Assembly: GCA_031425655.1 (NCBI GenBank)
Contig: JANPJS010000006.1
Coordinates: forward strand, 1 to 21,757
DNA from: Abditibacteriaceae bacterium
Lineage (GTDB): Bacteria; Armatimonadota; Abditibacteriia; Abditibacteriales; Abditibacteriaceae
DNA length: 21,757 nt
Direction of reading: 5' to 3'
A program made the position numbers and the translations under genes. The notes under the pieces are model-generated. The model searched no databases, was not told the DNA's origin, and was given only the letters and a program-made list of their open reading frames with translations. Numbering within the stretch: position 1 is the stretch's first letter; each line of letters begins with the position of its first letter. This document shows, piece after piece, positions 1 to 8,212 of the stretch.

Positions 1-2
1 TT

Positions 3-557
3 TTATTTCTCTTTTCGGCAACCATCAGGCTGACCTTCTTTAAGATCGGGCCGCAGCACGCTGACTAAAGTTTCCAGCGCGCCGAGCATCGCATGACGCT
101 GCTCGTCGCTGAGATTGGCAATCACGGAGCGCAAATGCTCCTGACGCCGCGCACGATGTTTTTCGTGCATCCTGCGGCCTTTGGCGGCTAAGCTCAAACG
201 CACGGCGCGGCGGTCGTTCGGGTCGGGCGCACGCTGCACGAAACCACCGCGCACAAGGGCATCCACCAGTTCGCAGGCGGTGCTGGGACGCACGCCCAAA
301 TGCCGGCTGAGGTCGCGCATGGTGCAATTTTGCTCATGCGACAGCACGCGCAAACAGCGCATTTGCGCCACGGTCAGCGTCAGCGCTTCGGGCTTGAGCT
401 TTTTCGGCCCCGGCCCGCCGCCCTTGAAAATGGCTCGCGCGGTGCGCTCCATTAGCTCGGCGATGCGCTCGGCTTCGATGTCGAGTTCACTTGCGTCTTT
501 TGTAGGCCGCGCGGGTTTCAACGGTTTTTCTTGTGAAGGTTCAGGAACTTTTGCCAT
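3..557 (-). CDS. MarR-family transcriptional regulator
   Basis: 184-aa ORF with the MarR wHTH pattern LTVAQMRCL...TMRDLSRHLGVRPSTACELVDALVRGGFVQRAPDPNDRRAVRLSL. Divergent from an ABC exporter. Confidence 0.93.
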   Translation of the reverse strand: MAKVPEPSQEKPLKPARPTKDASELDIEAERIAELMERTARAIFKGGGPGPKKLKPEALTLTVAQMRCLRVLSHEQNCTMRDLSRHLGVRPSTACELVDALVRGGFVQRAPDPNDRRAVRLSLAAKGRRMHEKHRARRQEHLRSVIANLSDEQRHAMLGALETLVSVLRPDLKEGQPDGCRKEK

Positions 558-590
558 AGTCAGACATCAGAGATTACGATGGCAAATAAA

Positions 591-635
591 CGGTTTCCGA
601 ATTGTTCGGTTCCCGAACCATTTAGCAGTATTATA
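591..635 (-). promoter_or_regulatory. Candidate marR promoter -10 and MarR operator
   Basis: TATAAT on the minus strand at 630-635. Inverted repeat GTTCGG-ttc-CCGAAC at 604-618, with a related copy CGGTTTCCGAA at 591-601 (16-bp offset). No convincing -35. Confidence 0.45.
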
Positions 636-724
636 AACAAGCCAGGCGCCGCGCGGTTGCGGCGTTTTTTGTGAGTAAGTGTCAACAGAGTGCGCGAAAA
701 TCGCGCCTTGCGTCCGACCGAGAG

Positions 725-3199
725 ATGAAACTTATGTCCGTCGCCCGTTTTGTGCCCGCCCCGAAGAAAAGTAAGACGAAAATCCTCGCTGTCGCCGAAC
801 CGAAATTCGGCGCGGCGCCGCCTGCGATTCAGGCCAAATTGCTCGAAATGGGCGTCGAAGCGCGCTTTCCCTCGCCGCCTGTGGACTCCGAGATGTTGGC
901 GGCCTCGTTAAATGGCTCGCTGAACGGCGCGACCAATGGACACGCGGCGCCGCAAACTCCCGATGCGAAAATCGAAAAAATTGAAGACGCCAACGCGGTT
1001 CTAACTCACGCCGATTTGGACGAAGACGGCAGTTGGGGCCGGCGTTATCTCGTCGCCACGCCGGAAAAGCTGCTGGTTTTCACGCTGGACGGCGAAGGCG
1101 ACGACGCTCCGGCCCGGCTCGATTACGAAGCGTTCGTTAAAGACCTCGTTAAAGTTGAATCGAAATCTTTGGTGGGCGGCGCGGCGCTTGAAGCGCGTGT
1201 GAAGCAGGAGGGCGCGGGCGAAAAAGTCGTCGAATTATTGCGCGCCTCGAACACTTATTCCAAAGAATTGTTACAGGCCACGCGGCAAATCGAGCATCTG
1301 CGCGAACACGGCACTTTAGGCGAAGAAGGCGCCGACGACAGCAAATGGCAAGTCAAAGATTGTCCGCGTTGCGCCCGCCGCTTGCCCAAAGACTCGAAGG
1401 TCTGCCCGTTCTGCATCAACCGTTTGCAGGCCATGCGGCGCTTGTTTTCGTATCTCGGCCCTTATAAATGGATGGCGATTGGCAACGGCGCGCTCAGCGT
1501 GGTTGCCACGGGACTGTCCTTTGTGGCGCCACTTTTGACCAAAACTTTGACTGACAAAGTCTTTCCGGCGCGCGACACGGCGCCGATGCTTTCTATTGAA
1601 ACCGGACGCCATTACATCCTGCTGATGATTTTGGCGATTATCGGCTCGTCGGTGCTCGGCGCCGTGATTGATATAACGCGCGGGCGAACGGGCGCCTTTC
1701 TCGGCTCGCGGGTTTTGCACGACGTTCGCACTCAGGTTTACGAGCAATTGCAACGATTATCGCTGGCTTATTACGATAAGCGAGAAGTCGGCGCCGTGAT
1801 GAGCCGCGTCCAAAACGATGTGGGAATGCTGCAAAACTTCCTGATGGACGCTGCTGAAAACATCATTATTTCCACGCTGACGATTGTCGCCGTCGTCGTC
1901 ATCATGTTTATCTACTCGCCGCTTTTGGCGGTAGCGGCGCTGCTTCCGGTGCCTTTCGTGATCATCGGCACCAATACTTACTGGCGCGGCCTGATGAAAT
2001 TATGGCGCCGCGTCTGGCATCAGAACTCGCGTTTGGGCGCACGCTTGGCCGATAGTCTTGGCGGCGTGCGTGTGGTGCGCGCTTTCGCGCAGGAAAACCG
2101 CGAAGTGCAGCGGTTTTCGGACAAAAGCGGCGAATTGCGCGATGCCACGATGCGCGTCGAGCGCAAAGCGGCGGTGTTTCACCCGCTAATGAACTTCATC
2201 ATGGGTTTGGGCCTGCCTTTGACGTGGATGCTTGGCGGCAATCAGGTTTTGGGCGGCACCCTGACCTTTGGCACGTTGGTTTTGTTTACGATGTTGCTGG
2301 GCCGTCTTTACGGGCCGGTGCAGCAATTAACGCGACTGGTGAACTTCACCACGCGCGCCATGACGGCAGCCGAGCGCGTTTTTGAGATTCTTGACATGAC
2401 GCCGGAAATCCGCGAGCAGCCGGACGCTGTTGCCATGCCCTACGTCGAAGGCCGCGTCGAATTCCGCGATGCCGTTTTCGGCTACGACAAGCACCGTCCG
2501 GTTTTGCACGGCGTGAATTTAATCGTTGAGCCGGGCGAAATGATTGGCCTTGTCGGACACAGCGGAGCGGGCAAAAGCACCTTAATCAACCTGCTGATGC
2601 GCTTTTACGACGTGGACGAAGGCGCGATTTTAGTGGACGGCGTGGATTTGCGCGACATTCGGCGCGACGACGTGCGCCAGCAAATCGGCGTGGTTTTGCA
2701 GGAGCCGTATTTGTTTCACGGCACGATTTTCGAGAACATCGCTTACGGCAACCCCGCCGCGAGCAAAGCCGAAATCATGGCGGCGGCTAAAGCGGCTTAC
2801 GCGCACGATTTCATCGTCAGCTTCCCCGACGGCTACGACACCATCGTCGGCGAACGCGGCACGCGATTATCGGGCGGCGAGCGCCAGCGCATCTCCATCG
2901 CCCGCGCCATTTTGCACAACCCGCGCATTCTGATTTTGGACGAAGCGACGGCCAGCGTAGACACGCAAACCGAGCAGCAAATCCAGAAAGCCTTAAAAAA
3001 CCTGATTAAAGGCCGCACCGTGTTCGCAATCGCGCACCGCCTCAGCACGCTTCGTAACGCCAATCGCTTAGTCGTCGTGGAAAAAGGCAAAATCGCCGAA
3101 ACCGGCACGCACGACGAACTCATCGCCCAGCGTGGCGTGTTTTTCAAACTGGTCGAAGCGCAAAAAGCCATGAACGAAATCACGGCGATTGGCGGGTAA
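725..3199 (+). CDS. Fused ABC exporter (TMD + NBD) with a long N-terminal extension containing a CxxC...CxxC zinc ribbon
   Basis: Walker A GHSGAGKST, Q-loop VLQEP, signature LSGGERQR, Walker B ILILDEAT and H-loop IAHRLST. Hydrophobic TM region. CPRC...CPFC precedes the TMD. Start is uncertain (GTG 671, ATG 725 or ATG 734). Confidence 0.93.
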   Translation: MKLMSVARFVPAPKKSKTKILAVAEPKFGAAPPAIQAKLLEMGVEARFPSPPVDSEMLAASLNGSLNGATNGHAAPQTPDAKIEKIEDANAVLTHADLDEDGSWGRRYLVATPEKLLVFTLDGEGDDAPARLDYEAFVKDLVKVESKSLVGGAALEARVKQEGAGEKVVELLRASNTYSKELLQATRQIEHLREHGTLGEEGADDSKWQVKDCPRCARRLPKDSKVCPFCINRLQAMRRLFSYLGPYKWMAIGNGALSVVATGLSFVAPLLTKTLTDKVFPARDTAPMLSIETGRHYILLMILAIIGSSVLGAVIDITRGRTGAFLGSRVLHDVRTQVYEQLQRLSLAYYDKREVGAVMSRVQNDVGMLQNFLMDAAENIIISTLTIVAVVVIMFIYSPLLAVAALLPVPFVIIGTNTYWRGLMKLWRRVWHQNSRLGARLADSLGGVRVVRAFAQENREVQRFSDKSGELRDATMRVERKAAVFHPLMNFIMGLGLPLTWMLGGNQVLGGTLTFGTLVLFTMLLGRLYGPVQQLTRLVNFTTRAMTAAERVFEILDMTPEIREQPDAVAMPYVEGRVEFRDAVFGYDKHRPVLHGVNLIVEPGEMIGLVGHSGAGKSTLINLLMRFYDVDEGAILVDGVDLRDIRRDDVRQQIGVVLQEPYLFHGTIFENIAYGNPAASKAEIMAAAKAAYAHDFIVSFPDGYDTIVGERGTRLSGGERQRISIARAILHNPRILILDEATASVDTQTEQQIQKALKNLIKGRTVFAIAHRLSTLRNANRLVVVEKGKIAETGTHDELIAQRGVFFKLVEAQKAMNEITAIGG

Positions 3200-3200
3200 A
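3158..3200 (+). repeat. Direct repeat A, copy 1 (3' end of the ABC gene)
   Basis: GCGCAAAAAGCCATGAACGAAATCACGGCGATTGGCGGGTAAA, 39/43 identical to 3949-3991. Confidence 0.95.
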
Positions 3201-3230
3201 CTTAGCGACAGAAAACCGGGAGCTATTACC

Positions 3231-3515
3231 ATGAGTAACGCGATAGTAGCAGAAGTCGGAGCTGGCGGAGAAGTCGTGATTGATCCAGCCATTCGTGAGC
3301 GGTTGGGCGTCCAACCGGGCTATCGTGCCGTGCAAATTCTATCGGGCGAACACGTTGAGATTCATTTCGTGCCGCCTCGCCACAGTCGCTCTCTGCTGGG
3401 CGCAGCCAAGCCATTCATGCGCGGCTTGTCAATTCCCGAAGAGCAATGGGACGATGCGGTCGCGCAAGCCATTGCCGAAGAATTTCAAGCGAGCAATGCT
3501 TCAACGGGCGAATAA
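3231..3515 (+). CDS. AbrB/MazE/SpoVT-family antitoxin (VapB-like)
   Basis: ATG 3231 follows a GGGAG RBS. VGAGGEVVIDPAIRERLGVQPG matches the AbrB-fold motif (GQvvIPxxiRxxLGixpG). Directly upstream of a PIN gene. Confidence 0.85.
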   Translation: MSNAIVAEVGAGGEVVIDPAIRERLGVQPGYRAVQILSGEHVEIHFVPPRHSRSLLGAAKPFMRGLSIPEEQWDDAVAQAIAEEFQASNASTGE

Positions 3516-3521
3516 ATCATC

Positions 3522-3935
3522 ATGCCGGCTTTTCTCGATACCAGCGTGATAGTGCGTTATCTCACCGGCGAACCGTTAGAAATGGCCGAACGCGCTGCGG
3601 CTTTAATAGACACCGATACGACGCTGCTTCTTACGGAAACCGCCCTCGCCGAAACCGGTTACGTTTTACAAAGGGTTTACGGTATCGAGCGGGCTGCCGT
3701 GGTGGATTTGCTGATTGCATTTCTGCAAAAAGAAAATATTGCCGTGCATCAGCACGATACAGATTTGGTCATTGCCGCTTTGCTTTTGTGCCGCCCATCG
3801 GGACGAATTTCTTTTGCCGATGCGCTAATTTGGGCGGCGGCTCGCAGCGCCGCCACCGACGTGGAACCGGCCATCGTTTACTCGTTCGACCAACGTTTCC
3901 CTGCTACGGGCATTGAACTGCGCGCCGATTTCTAA
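3522..3935 (+). CDS. vapC: PIN-domain ribonuclease toxin (VapC family)
   Basis: 137 aa with PIN acidic motifs FLDTSVIVRY, LAETGYVL, SFADALI and YSFD. Confidence 0.9.
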   Translation: MPAFLDTSVIVRYLTGEPLEMAERAAALIDTDTTLLLTETALAETGYVLQRVYGIERAAVVDLLIAFLQKENIAVHQHDTDLVIAALLLCRPSGRISFADALIWAAARSAATDVEPAIVYSFDQRFPATGIELRADF

Positions 3936-3948
3936 CGCAGAATCGTCC

Positions 3949-3991
3949 GCGCAAAAAGCGATGAACGAAATCACGACGATTGGCAGATAAA
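3949..3991 (+). repeat. Direct repeat A, copy 2 (duplicated ABC gene 3' end)
   Basis: GCGCAAAAAGCGATGAACGAAATCACGACGATTGGCAGATAAA encodes AQKAMNEITTIGR* versus AQKAMNEITAIGG* in the gene. Confidence 0.95.
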
Positions 3992-4010
3992 ACTGCAATG
4001 GAGGAAAACG

Positions 4011-4232
4011 ATGAAATTCTCAGTGACTTTAGAGCGCGACGAGGACGGCGTTTGGATTGCCGAATGCCCGGCGATTTCCGGCTGCGTGAGTCAGGGGCGA
4101 AGCAAAGACGAAGCGTTGAAAAACGTCACAGAAGCCATCGCCTTGTGCCTCGAAGTGCGCGCCGAACAGGGTTTGCCGTTTACGTGGTTAAGTTCCCTGC
4201 GATTGAAATCGCAGGGAACGCGCCGGCACTAA
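4011..4232 (+). CDS. hicB: HicB-family antitoxin (orphan; C-terminus possibly degenerate)
   Basis: GGAGG RBS. MKFSVTLERDEDGVWIAECPAISGCVSQGRSKDEALKNVTEAIALCLE is a typical short HicB N-terminal domain. No intact hicA adjacent. Confidence 0.85.
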   Translation: MKFSVTLERDEDGVWIAECPAISGCVSQGRSKDEALKNVTEAIALCLEVRAEQGLPFTWLSSLRLKSQGTRRH

Positions 4233-4282
4233 CATACCTCAACCGCGTAACGGAAGTGAATACTCAACAAAAAAGAATCTCA

Positions 4283-4801
4283 ATGCGACGAATGTTTTGG
4301 ATAGCGTTGCCGGTTTTCGTCGTTATCGCCGGTTGCGCTCGCAAACAAACCGCAGCGCCGATTGCCGCTGCTCCTGCCGTGCCCAGCGCGACGGAAATCG
4401 CCCGGCTTCACGCGGATAAGACGCGCGTCGTCGTGGCGCTGCGCTTAGCGCAAACCAATTTACCGAAGTTCGTGCGGGCATTGCGCAAGCCGAAGCCATC
4501 GCAAACGCAATTTGCGGTCAAGGCCGGCATTTTCGATGGCCGCCGCACGCAGCACGTCTGGCTCAACGACGTGACTTTCGACGGCAAAAAGTTTCGTGGC
4601 AAGTTGGGCAACCGCGTTTTGGGCGTCAAGAACGCCAAACTCGGTGATAAAGTCGAAGTCGCGCCGTCCGGCGTTTCCGATTGGATGTATGTCGAGAATC
4701 GCAAGTTAATCGGTGGCTACACGCTGCGCGCCCTGCGCGACGGCCTTTCGCCACAAGATAAAAAGAGTTTCGACAAAAGCCTGCCGTTTGTCGTGAGTTG
4801 A
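4283..4801 (+). CDS. DUF2314/YegJ-like lipoprotein
   Basis: From ATG 4283, signal peptide MRRMFWIALPVFVVIAG-C with a lipobox. Motifs FAVK...QHVWL...GKLGN...VSDWMY...LIGGYT resemble DUF2314. The 3980 start in the ORF track overlaps hicB and is unlikely. Confidence 0.75.
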   Translation: MRRMFWIALPVFVVIAGCARKQTAAPIAAAPAVPSATEIARLHADKTRVVVALRLAQTNLPKFVRALRKPKPSQTQFAVKAGIFDGRRTQHVWLNDVTFDGKKFRGKLGNRVLGVKNAKLGDKVEVAPSGVSDWMYVENRKLIGGYTLRALRDGLSPQDKKSFDKSLPFVVS

Positions 4802-4812
4802 ACGAGGTTTCT

Positions 4813-6075
4813 ATGAAGTTTTGCAACCGGCGCCTATTTTCTGCGGTGGCATTTTGCTTAGTTCTCCCTTCCACAATCGCCGCGCAACAGGGTGAAAACG
4901 TAGTGACGGTTCGTGATAGCGAGCAATTGCGCACGGCTCTCCGAGCGGCCAAACCGGGAACGCACATTCGCGTGGCGCCGGGCGAGTATCGAGGCGATAT
5001 TTACGCGCAAAATGTGCAGGGCACAGCCGGGAAACCGATTATTGTTGCCGGCGATGCGAACAATCCGCCCGTTTTCAAAGGCGGCAATGTCGGGCTGCAC
5101 TTCGCCGAGGCCGCGCACGTTGAATTGCATAATTTGAAGTTCACAGACGCCGCCGTCAACGGCATCAGCATTGATGACGGCGGCACTTTCGAGACTCCCG
5201 CGCATCATATTGTGCTTCGCAATTTGCAAATCAGCGACATCGGGCCAAACGGTAATCACGACGGCATTAAATTGTCGGGCGTAGACGATTTTCGCATTGA
5301 GGGATGCCGCATCGAACGCTGGGGAATCGGCAGCGGATCGGGTATAGACATGGTCGGCTGCCATCGCGGCGTTATTGAAAACAACACTTTCCTGCACGAA
5401 AAAGACGCGAAACGAACCGGCGGCAACGCCGTGCAAACCAAAGGCGGCAGCCGCGACATTGCCATTCGGCGCAATCGTTTTGAAAACGCGGGACAACGCG
5501 CCATCAACATCGGCGGCAGCACAGGATTACAATTTTTTCGACCGCCGCTGAACCAATGGCCGCAAGGCGAAGAGAAATACGAAGCCAAAAATATCCGCGT
5601 CGAAGGCAACACTTTTATCGGCGGCATGACGCCGCTGGCTTTCGTCGGCGTGGATGGCGCCGTTGTGCGTTTCAATACGATTTACAGCCCGCAGCGCTGG
5701 GCGATGCGGATTTTGCAGGAAAACACCGAACCCGGCTTCGCGCCGTCGCGCAACGGCCTGTTTTTCGATAATATCGTAGTTTTTCGCTCCGAGCAGTGGA
5801 TTGAAGGCGGCGTCAATATCGGCCCAAAAACGCAGCCGCAGAGTTTTCAATTCGCGCGCAATTTCTGGTTTTGCGAGGACGCGCCACAACGCAGCCTTCC
5901 GCTTCTGCCATCGCCGGAAATCGGCGGCGCTTATGGAACTGATCCGCTTTTTCAAAACGCCGAGGCCGGCGACTTGCGCTTAAAACCGGACAGCCCGGCG
6001 CGTAAAGCGGGTGCCAAAGCGTGGCTCGATGAGGAAAAGATTGAACGCAACATTAAGCGTCAGATATTCAACTAA
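4813..6075 (+). CDS. Secreted right-handed parallel beta-helix (pectin lyase-like fold) protein
   Basis: GAGG RBS before ATG 4813. N-terminal signal peptide, AAKPGTHIRVAPGEY cap, repeated IENNTF/IRRNRF/VEGNTF/VRFNTI coils and C-terminal DPLF...GDLRLKPDSPA. Confidence 0.85.
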   Translation: MKFCNRRLFSAVAFCLVLPSTIAAQQGENVVTVRDSEQLRTALRAAKPGTHIRVAPGEYRGDIYAQNVQGTAGKPIIVAGDANNPPVFKGGNVGLHFAEAAHVELHNLKFTDAAVNGISIDDGGTFETPAHHIVLRNLQISDIGPNGNHDGIKLSGVDDFRIEGCRIERWGIGSGSGIDMVGCHRGVIENNTFLHEKDAKRTGGNAVQTKGGSRDIAIRRNRFENAGQRAINIGGSTGLQFFRPPLNQWPQGEEKYEAKNIRVEGNTFIGGMTPLAFVGVDGAVVRFNTIYSPQRWAMRILQENTEPGFAPSRNGLFFDNIVVFRSEQWIEGGVNIGPKTQPQSFQFARNFWFCEDAPQRSLPLLPSPEIGGAYGTDPLFQNAEAGDLRLKPDSPARKAGAKAWLDEEKIERNIKRQIFN

Positions 6076-6091
6076 TCAACTCTGGGAAATC

Positions 6092-6130
6092 ATTATGCCA
6101 ACCATGCAAGGCGTGGCTTTGCCGGGCGAC
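6092..6130 (+). repeat. Direct repeat B, copy 1 (orphan duplicate of the dehydrogenase 5' end)
   Basis: ATTATGCCAACCATGCAAGGCGTGGCTTTGCCGGGCGAC (MPTMQGVALPGD), 36/39 identical to 7168-7206 (MATMQGVVLPGD). Confidence 0.95.
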
Positions 6131-6180
6131 TGGACGCGCCTGCGAGGTGCGACGAAACTTTACGCGGTGGAGGACTTGTC

Positions 6181-6441
6181 ATGTTGCAAACCGTTGAAAT
6201 TACTTTGCCGGAGCTTTTGGAGCGTGTGCGCGCCGGTCTGATTCCGATGAGCGCCAAAGCTCAAGTGACTTACGACGACGCGGTGCGAACGCCGTCACAG
6301 GACGCCGAAAGGAATCCGGCCTTAGCTTTATTCGAGCAGTGGGCGCAGGAAGACGCGCAGATGACGCCGGAACAGCACGCTGAAAATCAGCGCATTTATG
6401 CTGAGATCGAGAAAAACGGCATTCCCCGCGTTCGCCTTTAA
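6181..6441 (+). CDS. Putative antitoxin partner of the downstream PIN toxin
   Basis: GGAGGA RBS. 86-aa ORF with an acidic helical C-terminus (ALALFEQWAQED...), 39 bp upstream of a PIN gene. Function inferred from position. Confidence 0.65.
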   Translation: MLQTVEITLPELLERVRAGLIPMSAKAQVTYDDAVRTPSQDAERNPALALFEQWAQEDAQMTPEQHAENQRIYAEIEKNGIPRVRL

Positions 6442-6839
6442 TCGCACGCACCCGGACGTGAATTCAATCTCCGATTTCCCATGCCTCGTATCATCGTTCT
6501 TGATTCGTTTCCCTTGAGTTGCATAGGGAAGAATCGAAGCACGCCGCCTTCTTTGACTGACTACTGCCGTCAGTGGGTGATGGATTGCATTGCTGCGGGC
6601 CATCGGGTTTACGTTCCGGCCATCACCTATTACGAGACGCTGCGCGAGTTAGAGCGAATGGCGGCGACTTCACAGATTATGCGCCTCAAAGCGTTTTCCT
6701 TTTCCGAACCGGAGCGGTTTATCGCATTGCAGACGGCGCATCTGGAAGCCGCCGCCCGCTTGTGGGCGCAATCGCGCAACGCCGGACTGCCAACCTCCGG
6801 CCCGGAAGCGTTGGATGGCGACGTAATTTTAGCGGCTCA

Positions 6840-7042
6840 GAAGCTGTCTGAGAATAGTCATTAATCCTGAGTTGAGTCGCTTTTTAATAGGACGCGGAGC
6901 TTCGCTACGCGGATTTCATGCGCGGGTTTCCGCTGACCTCTTTGGAAAAACCGCGAAAATCAAAGCCGTTTCCGCGTAGCGAAGCTCCGCGTCCTATTAA
7001 AAGTTTGTGGTGTTGGTCGGTAACGAATTCTCAGACAGTTTC
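6840..7042. mobile_element. Non-autonomous MITE-like element with IS5-family-like ends
   Basis: 16-bp terminal inverted repeats GAAGCTGTCTGAGAAT (6840-6855) and ATTCTCAGACAGTTTC (7027-7042), 15/16 matching. 3-bp target duplication TCA at 6837-6839 and 7043-7045. No transposase. Confidence 0.9.
6882..7002. repeat. Perfect 32-bp internal inverted repeat (REP-doublet/REPIN-like)
   Basis: TTTTAATAGGACGCGGAGCTTCGCTACGCGGA (6882-6913) and its exact reverse complement at 6971-7002. Each arm is itself a near-palindrome, CGCGGAGC-TTC-GCTACGCG. Confidence 0.92.
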
Positions 7043-7167
7043 TCAGGCCCAAAGTCTGGACGTGGCGAGCGACCTCTACGTTGTCGCCACGACCAATCCC
7101 GGCCACCTGACGCGCTTCGTGCCCGCCGAACACTGGACGAACATCGTCCCCGGCAACTGAAAGGATG

Positions 7168-7206
7168 ATTATGGCAACAATGCAAGGCGTGGTTTTGCCG
7201 GGCGAC
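7168..7206 (+). repeat. Direct repeat B, copy 2 (start of the intact dehydrogenase)
   Basis: ATTATGGCAACAATGCAAGGCGTGGTTTTGCCGGGCGAC, 36/39 identical to 6092-6130. Confidence 0.95.
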
Positions 7207-8211
7207 CGGCAGTTGGAGTTCCGCGAATTTGAAGTGCCTGTTCCGAGCAAGGGGCAGGTTTTGGTGCGTATGAAGGCGTCAAGCTTGTGCGGCAGCGATT
7301 TGCGCGCGATTTATCGCCCGACGAATCAGGGCAGCGGGCCGGAAGCGTATCGCGGCGTGATCGCCGGGCACGAGCCGTGCGGGCAAATCGAAAGCGTCGG
7401 GCCGGGCGTGCGGCGCTTCAAAAGCGGCGACCGCGTGGTGCTTTATCACATTTCCGGCTGCGGTTTGTGCCACGACTGCCGCGAAGGTTGGATGATTTCC
7501 TGCTCCGACGCATCGCGCGCCGCTTACGGCTGGCAGCGCGACGGAGGCCACGCCGAATTTCTTCTCGCCGACGAAAAAGACCTCGTCGCTTTGCCGGATT
7601 TTCTTTCTTACGTAGACGGCGCAATGGTAGCCTGCGGCATGGGCACGGCTTACGCGGCGTGTCTGCGCGCACAGGTTTCAGGGCGCGACAAAGTTCTCAT
7701 TACCGGACTTGGCCCGGTTGGATTGGGTATGGCGCTGCTTTGCCGCGCTTTAGGCGCCCGCGTGATCGGCGTGGAAGCTAACGCAGCGCGGGCCGGTTTC
7801 GCGCAAACGCTTGGTTTTGAAATTATCGCACCGGGCGATGGCACATTAGCAGAATTAATGTCGCGCACTAACGGGCACGGCTACGAAGTAGCGATGGATT
7901 GCTCCGGCGCGGCCTCCGCGCGCCATTTATGCCTCGAAGCAGCGCGCGAATGGGGCCGCGTTGTTTTTGTGGGCGAAGGCGGCAGCGTCGAATTCGCGCC
8001 TTCGCCGCTGCTGATTCACAAACAGCTCACGCTGCACGGCTCGTGGGTTTGTTCCATCGGGCAAATGGAAGAATTGGTCGAGAAACTCGTCGAATGGCAG
8101 TTGCACCCGGAGCAAATCGTCACGCACCGCTTCTCGCTCGCGCAGGCGCGCGAGGCTTACGAAACCTTCGATCAGGGCGATTCGGGCAAGGTTGTTATCG
8201 TGTGGGAATGA
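7171..8211 (+). CDS. Zinc-dependent medium-chain alcohol/polyol dehydrogenase
   Basis: Catalytic Zn motifs CGSD and GHE, structural Zn site CGLCHDC...C, and Rossmann motif ITGLGPVG. Start is 7165 or 7171. Confidence 0.93.
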   Translation: MATMQGVVLPGDRQLEFREFEVPVPSKGQVLVRMKASSLCGSDLRAIYRPTNQGSGPEAYRGVIAGHEPCGQIESVGPGVRRFKSGDRVVLYHISGCGLCHDCREGWMISCSDASRAAYGWQRDGGHAEFLLADEKDLVALPDFLSYVDGAMVACGMGTAYAACLRAQVSGRDKVLITGLGPVGLGMALLCRALGARVIGVEANAARAGFAQTLGFEIIAPGDGTLAELMSRTNGHGYEVAMDCSGAASARHLCLEAAREWGRVVFVGEGGSVEFAPSPLLIHKQLTLHGSWVCSIGQMEELVEKLVEWQLHPEQIVTHRFSLAQAREAYETFDQGDSGKVVIVWE

Positions 8212-8212
8212 G

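Larger units (their letters stand above)
6481..7160 (+). pseudogene. PIN-domain toxin interrupted by a 203-bp insertion
   Basis: IIVLDS, TYYETLREL and LDGDVILAAQ precede the insert; AQSLDVASDLYVVATTNPGHLTRFVPAEHWTNI follows it. Removing 6840-7045 restores a 157-aa frame. Confidence 0.9.

Noticed and set aside
3980..4282. N-terminal extension of the 273-aa ORF
   Set aside because: It overlaps hicB in another frame. The lipoprotein signal peptide begins at ATG 4283.
6918..7160. Independent 80-aa gene
   Set aside because: It is a chimera of MITE sequence and the displaced C-terminus of the PIN toxin.
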